The notes under the pieces were generated by a model. It was given only the letters and a program-made list of their open reading frames with translations, had not been told where the DNA came from and searched no databases. This document shows, piece by piece, positions 56,831 through 64,000 of a DNA stretch of 64,000 nucleotides. This DNA is from Tubulanus polymorphus (Eukaryota > Animalia > Nemertea): the NCBI RefSeq assembly GCF_964204645.1, contig NC_134031.1, positions 17,409,807 to 17,473,806 of the forward strand. Reading direction: 5' to 3'. Within the stretch, counting starts at the first letter, position 1. Each line of letters starts with the position of its first letter. A program made the translations under genes and the position numbers.

Positions 56831-57028
56831 TGTAATCAGTTCGTCGTAGATAAAGAATGAAATGATGTTTTCTAAAAAAAATCTTTTTACTTCCTGGTTC
56901 AAGTTAGCGACCGCTTCTCAAGATTGAATTGAATTGATTTTAATAATTTTCCGTTGCTATCATCGCTCACTAAATAAACATATTTTTGCGATTCTCTCTC
57001 AAAAGGGTTCAGTCACATCTACAACATA
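56831..57028. promoter_or_regulatory. Bidirectional promoter shared by PIGC and SSNA1
   Basis: Divergent start codons are only ~200 bp apart. An ETS-like ACTTCCTG lies near 56889. Confidence 0.6.
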
Positions 57029-58302
57029 ATGTCTCAACAAGGAGCTGCTCTTCAAAGCTACAACAACGAATTGGTGAAATGTAAGTTTCAGCCGAAATAT
57101 TCTGCAGTGTGTCGAATTTTAAAATAAGATTTGTCGAGAGTCCTATTTTCAATTAAAATCTTTTAAAAAAGATGAAGTCTGTCCGCTATGTCATGTGTAT
57201 TTATGATTCACCCAATATTGCTGATTTTTTCACCAGGTATAGAAGATCTTTGCGCCAAACGCGATGAACTCAATCGACAGATTTTAACCGAAGAGGAGGA
57301 AAAACAGAAATTACAAAACGATATTCGAATTTTAACGGAAAAACTCGCGAAAGTCAACGAAAGTCTCAGCAAGAAATTAGCGTCGCGCAATGAATTCGAT
57401 AAGACAATCGCAGAAACAGAAGCTGCCTATATGAAGGTACAGAACATTTTTACGTCCAAACATTTTACCTCGCTTAACTCGGACAAATTGATCCAAACTG
57501 CTGGCATGCCTCAGTCCAAGTTTAGGATAGGAAATACTTTAGAAGATCAGGGTCCAGTTCCACAGTTCTGAGTTAAGATTTGACCCTGGGTTAAAACATT
57601 GAAAATGAACAGGACGCAGTTCCACAGTTGTGAGTTAGAGTTAACTCTGAGTTAAAGTTAGTTCATTTTCAATGATTTAACTCGGAGTTAAATCTTAACT
57701 CGGAACTGTGGAACTGGGCCCTGACTTTAACTCAAGAGTTAACTAACTCACAACTGTGAATGATTTTTGAAGATGATGTTATCCATATCCAAGCTGAGCA
57801 AGGCAAGGTGTTTTGAACTTAACATCGATCAATTTGCCATAATTGACCAATTATTAAATTAAATCAGACATCAATTTATTTAAATACAGGGCAGATCTTA
57901 ATTGTTTCAAATTCTCGCAATAAACTTAAATAACGTGCCCAGTTCCACAGTTGTGAGTTAATATTTGACTCTTGAGTTAAAACTGAAAATGAACTGACTT
58001 TAACTCGGGAGTTAATTAACTCACAACTGTGGAACAGGGTCCATGACTGATTGTCAAAAAACAAATAAATCAAAATATCTGTGCACCAAAACTATAATGA
58101 TTACAATTATTGATGAAAGATCATCACTGACTGGTCAAACGCCGAAGATAATGATTATTGATGACGCATTTTCTCGTTTTAGATTTTGGAAAGTTCACAG
58201 ACACTTTTGAACGTTTTGAAGCGAGAATCCCAGACATTACGCGACCAAGCTCCAGGAAGACACGGTGCCCTGCCGACTGGATCGAAAATGGAAAAGGCAT
58301 GA
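57029..58302 (+). CDS. SSNA1: Microtubule nucleation factor SSNA1 (NA14/DIP13); exons 57029-57080, 57237-57436, 58183-58302
   Basis: [33 protein letters not shown]...[30 protein letters not shown], with GT-AG introns in phase. Confidence 0.95.
57548..57760. mobile_element. Compound palindromic MITE cluster in SSNA1 intron 2 (another copy 57937-58042)
   Basis: CAGGGTCCAGTTCCACAGTT...GAGTTAA / TTAACTC...AACTGTGGAACTGGGCCCTG inverted repeats, partly nested. Confidence 0.7.
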
Positions 58303-59709
58303 AATTAGTGAAAACCAAAAAAGACTGTTCCAAAATCAAACACTTAAAAAGAACAAAAGATTTATACTCATTTCTCTTTACATTCATGCATGTGCTTAAT
58401 GTTTTTCCGTTTTTAAGTTTTTATTGGAGGAAAAAGGATTTGTGTGACAGTGTAATGGTGATATTTCAGGGAGATTTTATGGAATTGTGATAAAGTCAAA
58501 GTATTTTTTGCGGTAATTGCCTGTATGAGAAACGAGGAACTTGCCTCTAGAATTATTGATGTAGGCCTAAAAGGAACAAATACGTTGTAATATGCGTGTA
58601 AATCAAATTGGAAGTAATGTTAGTAAAAAATAGTTTCTGCTGGCAGAAGCGAACTTTGTGTGGAAATTACTTTCAAAACAAGGATTGTTGTATTTTCTTG
58701 GCATCAGTGTATTACACAAAATATGACTATTGATAAATGATAAAGTACTAAAAGTAAAGTACTTTAACTCTATTGACTTATCCTTTTATAAAACATGAAT
58801 AAAAATAAAGTTAGGTAAGGTGAAAAGAAACAGTTCGTTTTATTTTTGATGAGTTCAAATCAGGAATGAAATTGGAGAGGTTGGTTGGTCCTATGACAGT
58901 TTTGGTCGATCAAGTTTGCTGAGCTTTCGTTCCCTTTAAACCAAGACCGAAAAGGCAGATTCTGCGACCCATTGATTACTTGATTGTATTTTGAATTACG
59001 CGGGGTGTGACGAGTAATTGACACAGCCAATCATTGAACCCCATTTTCATTCCGTTTAGATCAACTTGGTGGCAGCACCATACGATCACCAAGCGGGATT
59101 TCTGTGAACTAATGCAGTACCTCGGGCTAGTGCGCCGGGTAGAAACACAAATTTCGAGATGCCCTAGTCTATAACCGTCAATGTCAATTTAAAATCATGG
59201 ACATTGCTCCATTTGACTTTTAGCTCATTTGACTTCCATTTTAGTACTCAATCGAGAGCGCCCGTGTAGTCGTAGAAATTGAAATGAAATTGAAGAAATC
59301 CCACGTACGGTGCTGCCACCACGGTCGTTGAATGTCAAGCCTCAACCGTCCAATTTTCGGCCCCAATTTTCAAGGTCGTTGCCGGAGTGTTTACATTTGG
59401 TGAAAATATTTTTTTTTCTTTTATATTTCTATTCAACAATGTTCTCGCCTTCAATTCCAAAAACGTAAGTCGTCGGGTGGTGCAGAAATCTATAGTACAG
59501 TGATTTACATGCATACAATTCGATGACAACACTTATATCTCCCCATTATCGTAGTTTTTAATACCTTAGAAAGTGAAAGTGAATGACTGACTAACAACAG
59601 ATACTAATAGTACTGTATACGAATTAGGTACTGTAGTTAATAATAAGAGGCATACGGTAGCCTTTTTGATTTAAAGTTTCTTATCCTCACATTTTTTCTC
59701 TTTTTCCAG

Positions 59710-61392
59710 GTCAAGAGTATAAATGGTTGGCTGATCTCTCAACTGTCTACAAACATTCATACGTCAGTTTTATTGCAAGTGATTGTTCTTTGTCACTCAA
59801 TGATATGGTGTTTCCAAAACCAGCTACATTACCAAAGAATTTGTTAGAATTTGTCAGAACATCAGTACAAAAACTTTTACAAACAAAGGCGAACTTTCTG
59901 TCTGAATTAGCTACAGCTAATTACGACATTAATACAATGGAATTGGCCCCACGAGTAGGAAAAGTGTTTGATATATGTTTCGAACCTCGAAATGAATTGC
60001 GCTGGATCGATTTGAGGGAAAATTTACGCAGTTCTGAAGAAGATATTTGTCATTGTGCTCTTTGTCGAGATGGCACATTTCTATCTGCAAGTTGGGTAAC
60101 TGATCTTAAGTTGTTATATTGAATTATGGGCGTGGAAATGAATATTCTCATGGCTTAAATGTTCAATTTTTCGAAGAATCTTTTCACTTGAATTTTAGTC
60201 AAGTCAGCTAAGGAAAAGAAAGCCAAGCATCCGCCCAAACTATTTTGTAGCTTTGCAAGTCACCAACCCCCGGGTAAGTAAGGGTTAAGTTCCCTATTAT
60301 CCGTGTATAATTTGTTACCGTATCAGTTTCAAAAGCGTATACTGTTACTATATGTACATTGTATTTCTGTATTCTATAGATCCACACAGCATTGTCTGAT
60401 GTACAGGCGCAGATTTTAGCGAAATGTCCTGAAATCAAAGAAGCCATGGTCGACATCAAAACTCTCCATGTTACAGTTATGGTGCTTTTTGTTGAGAAAT
60501 CCGAAGAAAGCCTTAACCGGTTAGGAAGATCATTACAGTTTAAATTTCATTTACATTTTAATCATGCTTTGCTCATTTTGAGAATTATTTTGCTTTTTGC
60601 AGGTTAAAAACAGCAATGGACAATTGTCAATCGAGAATAGACCAGGAGCTTGGAGGCCAATCTTTGGAAATTACATTCAAAGGTCTCGGTAATTTCAAAC
60701 ATAATGTGCTGTTCGCGTCTCCCGTAGAAAATGAAAACCTTCTTCGATTAACAAAAACAGCAGGTACTTACCAGAACTGGGCCTTCTCTTTAAATCAAAT
60801 ATTTCGTTGTCCTGATAAGCTTCAGTTCAACCAGTTATGAGTTTAAGCTGTATTCAATACCACAGTTAGATATTCAATTGGAAATGAACAAATTTTGATT
60901 CCAAGACACTCAAGAAACTAGATCCTGGCCTCTCAATGTTCTGTGTAATTTACACTTCGATTTTTCAGAATGTATAATCGCAGAATTCGAAGCACAGAAT
61001 ATTCATAGTACAGATGGAGATCGTAAAGATTTCAAACCACATTTAACAATTCTGAAACTGTCCAAGTCGCTGGCAAAGTTGAAAAAGAAAGGTGAGAATT
61101 TCAGAATAATTATGGATTGATTTAATTGATAACAAAATGATCCGGATTAAACTGCTTTACTGTATCTAGAAAACATTTCATCTGATTCACTTCTTCCTTC
61201 CATTAATCAATGATTATTGCGTTAATGCTACCAGGTATAAAAAGAATTGAACCCGAATTGTACGCGGAGTTTGTCGATGCTGATTTCGGTGAAGACGTTT
61301 TCAAAAGTATCCAGCTGTGTGAAATGAAGAGAGATGATGAGACCGGTTACTACAGAATCGCTTACGAAGTTACTTTGAATAAAACTAAATGA
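59710..61392 (+). CDS. AKAP7-like 2H phosphoesterase (2',5'-phosphodiesterase-like), copy 1; exons ~59710-60095, 60199-60273, 60380-60519, 60603-60763, 60969-61091, 61235-61392; start uncertain
   Basis: RPNYFVAL, first HxT (KTLHVTVMV), ITFKGLGNF..VLFA, second HxT (FKPHLTILKLSK), and FG...IQLCEM...GYY. Splice phases are consistent. Confidence 0.85.
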
Positions 61393-63101
61393 ATAATCCA
61401 AACTCTGATAAGTATCATCCAAGTTTCGATAACGATAGTAATTTCATTGAAATTAATTGAAACAGATGTTTATTCTTTTTGTTGAATGTAGAATTATCTA
61501 ATGTTTTCTAGATCTGCCTTTTTTATATTGCATTGTTCGAATCGCAGAAATGCTTGTTTATTGCATTGAATTCTATTTTATATACGTATATATTTGTAAA
61601 TAAAAACGCGTGCTTGGTTATAAAGGTGTTCATGTTTATTTCTATATAGCGTCATTCTCTTTACAGACTCGTAACGCTTTACATAATACAGAATAAGAAA
61701 TAAGATGATCCAGAGTCAAAACTCGTTCTTTCACGACCAGTCTTAGACCACTCTTGGACTGATTTCACGACGGTGCAACTAATTCCGGCTGCTCCAAGGA
61801 GAGTCCGGGTTAATAGGCCATAAATTGATACCTTGTTTCTCATATCGGCTGAGCTTACAAGTGGACTCAGCCGGTTGCCTATACACCCTGTACATTAATT
61901 TTTTAAATCATGATAAAAATAACGGCGCAAAAACGAAAAATCATTGAGCAACATCGAAAGTTCGTTTTTGCTAGGGTGCAAAGTCGAGGTCATGTAAAAG
62001 ATAATGCACGTGGCCCTTATCAGCCACGATATTTATCTTTTTATCGGCCAGATCAAACCGGTGGACCTGAATTTTGAATCGCAAACCGGCGACCATGCAA
62101 GTCAATATTCAAGTCTGTATACATATTTTGTATTTATCTGTGTGGTGGGAACGTTTATAGGATCTTAGAGCGACGGAAATCACTACTATGGAAACAACCA
62201 CTTCCAGGACTTGGGCGTGAACCTTCCAGCAGGTACGTAGGCCTACGTAGCTCGACCCCACGTTTTATATCGCACTTTCGTTTGGTGAACATTTTTTTCT
62301 TTTTAACCGATTCCTATTTAACAATGTATAATGCAGAATCCAAGTCGATGAAAACACTTCTAAATCTTCCATAATCGTAATTTCTAACTATACCAAAGTG
62401 ATAGAGAACGACCGCTGACCGTAAAAACCTGAGGCAATAATGATCAGTTTCATACCGCCTCAAACTGTTTCACTTTTTCCAGGTCATAAACATAAATGGT
62501 GGGCTGAATCCTGTTGACAAACTTCCATACATCGGCAATCATGGTAAATATTGCAAGCGATTCTTATTTTCACTTAATCTCTAGTGACCACTTGAATGTA
62601 ACCTTCAATGGATGCGTAAGTAAATGACAAATTCAACCGTTTTGAAGAGTTGTGAAGTGAATCAAAAGATGGAAATGGTGGCCGCAGTGGCGCCCACCCT
62701 GTAACCCTTACAAGAAACGAACGAGACAATTGGTCAATGCATGCTTAAAGACAAGGAATGACTGTGTACTGAATTGTATTACAAAATTCTTGGTAATGAA
62801 ATATATTCTTTCCAGTCAGGATTTACGGAAATTTGTTAAAAAAGCTCTGGCACGTACCAATTAACCACCAAGATATATTTTAAATGACAAATTACGATTT
62901 GTAATGGGAAAATACATGTAACTTTCAACATTCCGAGTTTTGGAGAAAATATTTGTCATTGTGCTTTTTGTAGAGTTCGGACGCCTTTTTATTCCACCTC
63001 AGCAATTCGTTATAATGATGTTGAATCATATGTTTAAAAGCAAAAGTTTATGACCCAGATTTTCGGTTCTTCAAAGCATCTTTTTACTTAAATCATTTTA
63101 G

Positions 63102-64000
63102 TCAAGTCAACATATAAAGAGAATCCGTCCAAACTATTTTGTAGCTTTGCAAGTCACCAACCCTCAGGTAAATAAAATTCAAGTACATGTACAGTGTACC
63201 CTATAATTTTTGCTCGTATCGGTTTCGAAAGTGTATGCTGTAACGGTATATGTATCTTGATTTTCTAGATCCATTCAGCATTGTCTGATGTACAGGCACA
63301 GATTTTGGCGAAATGTCCTGAAATCGAAGAAGCCATGGTCGATATTAAGACTTTGCATGTTACAGTTATGGTGCTTCATGTGGAGAAGTGTGAAGAGAGC
63401 TTCAACAGGCGAGGAAAATCCTTACAAATATTTAGATCATAATATTTGGAGCTTGAATCATGTCGAGAATGAATTTTCCTTTTTTTCCAGGTTAAAAATG
63501 GCAATGGACAATTGTCAATCGAGAATAGACCAGGAGCTTGGAGGCCAATCTTTGGAAATTACATTCAAAGGTCTTGGTCATTTCAAACATAATGTGCTGT
63601 TCGCATCTCCCGTAGAAAATGAAAACCTTCTTCGATTAAGGAAAACAGCAGGTACGTGCGTAACCAGAACTAGGCCTTCTCTTTAAATCATGTGTTCTGC
63701 TGTCCTGATAAGCTTCAGTTCAACAGTTATTGGTCTGAACTGTATTCTATACTTACCAGAACTGGGCCTGCTCTTTAAATCAAATATTTTATTGTCCTGA
63801 TAAGCTTCAGTTCAACCAGTTTCGGGTTTAAGCTGTGTTCAATGCCAGCAGTTAGATTCAATTGGAAGTAAGCAAGATTTTTATTCCAAGACACAACCAA
63901 TCCTGGCCTCTCGTACTGTATGATTTTTTCAGAATGTGTTAATGCAGAATTCAAAGCACAAAATATTTCTAGTACAGATAGAGATGGTAAAGTTTTCAGA
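63102..64000 (+). CDS. AKAP7-like 2H phosphoesterase, copy 2 (partial, runs off window; possibly decaying); exons 63102-63167, 63269-63408, 63491-63651, 63933->
   Basis: Exons are near-identical to copy 1 and HVT is intact. There is a GC donor at 63409, and the homolog of the upstream exon (from 62483) contains an early stop. Confidence 0.7.

Noticed and set aside
57548-58042. Repeated palindromic units resembling a CRISPR array
   Set aside because: Eukaryotic intron, inverted and nested organisation, no unique regular spacers and no cas genes; these are MITEs.
34890-61392. Functional clustering of XRN1 with the 2H phosphodiesterases as an RNA-decay locus
   Set aside because: They are separated by unrelated PIGC and SSNA1, and adjacency in animal genomes is weak evidence without conserved synteny.

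Overview
Eukaryotic, intron-rich, AT-rich genomic DNA from an invertebrate animal (a lophotrochozoan or spiralian is my inference, not established). Genes in order: (1) the 3' end of an unidentified Pro/Ser-rich, probably nuclear protein; (2) a 5-exon gene for a ~1996-aa secreted protein with a signal peptide, a 4-Cys module, a huge acidic Ser/Thr-rich region with basic cleavage-type sites and a C-terminal TSP1 domain; (3) a ~3250-aa AJM1 (C9orf172-like, MYND finger) protein encoded by one ~9.8-kb exon; (4) two tandem TRPV-like channel genes with intronless CDS and an atypical pore/TRP box; (5) complete XRN1; (6) PIGC, convergent with XRN1 and head-to-head with (7) SSNA1; (8) two tandem AKAP7-like 2H phosphodiesterase genes, the second running off the window. 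Non-coding DNA holds Penelope-type minimal hammerhead ribozyme motifs, a non-autonomous Helitron carrying a tRNA-like Pol III module, and several MITEs, some nested and one forming a hairpin in the XRN1 3'UTR. Exon boundaries were derived by hand from GT-AG sites and frame phase.
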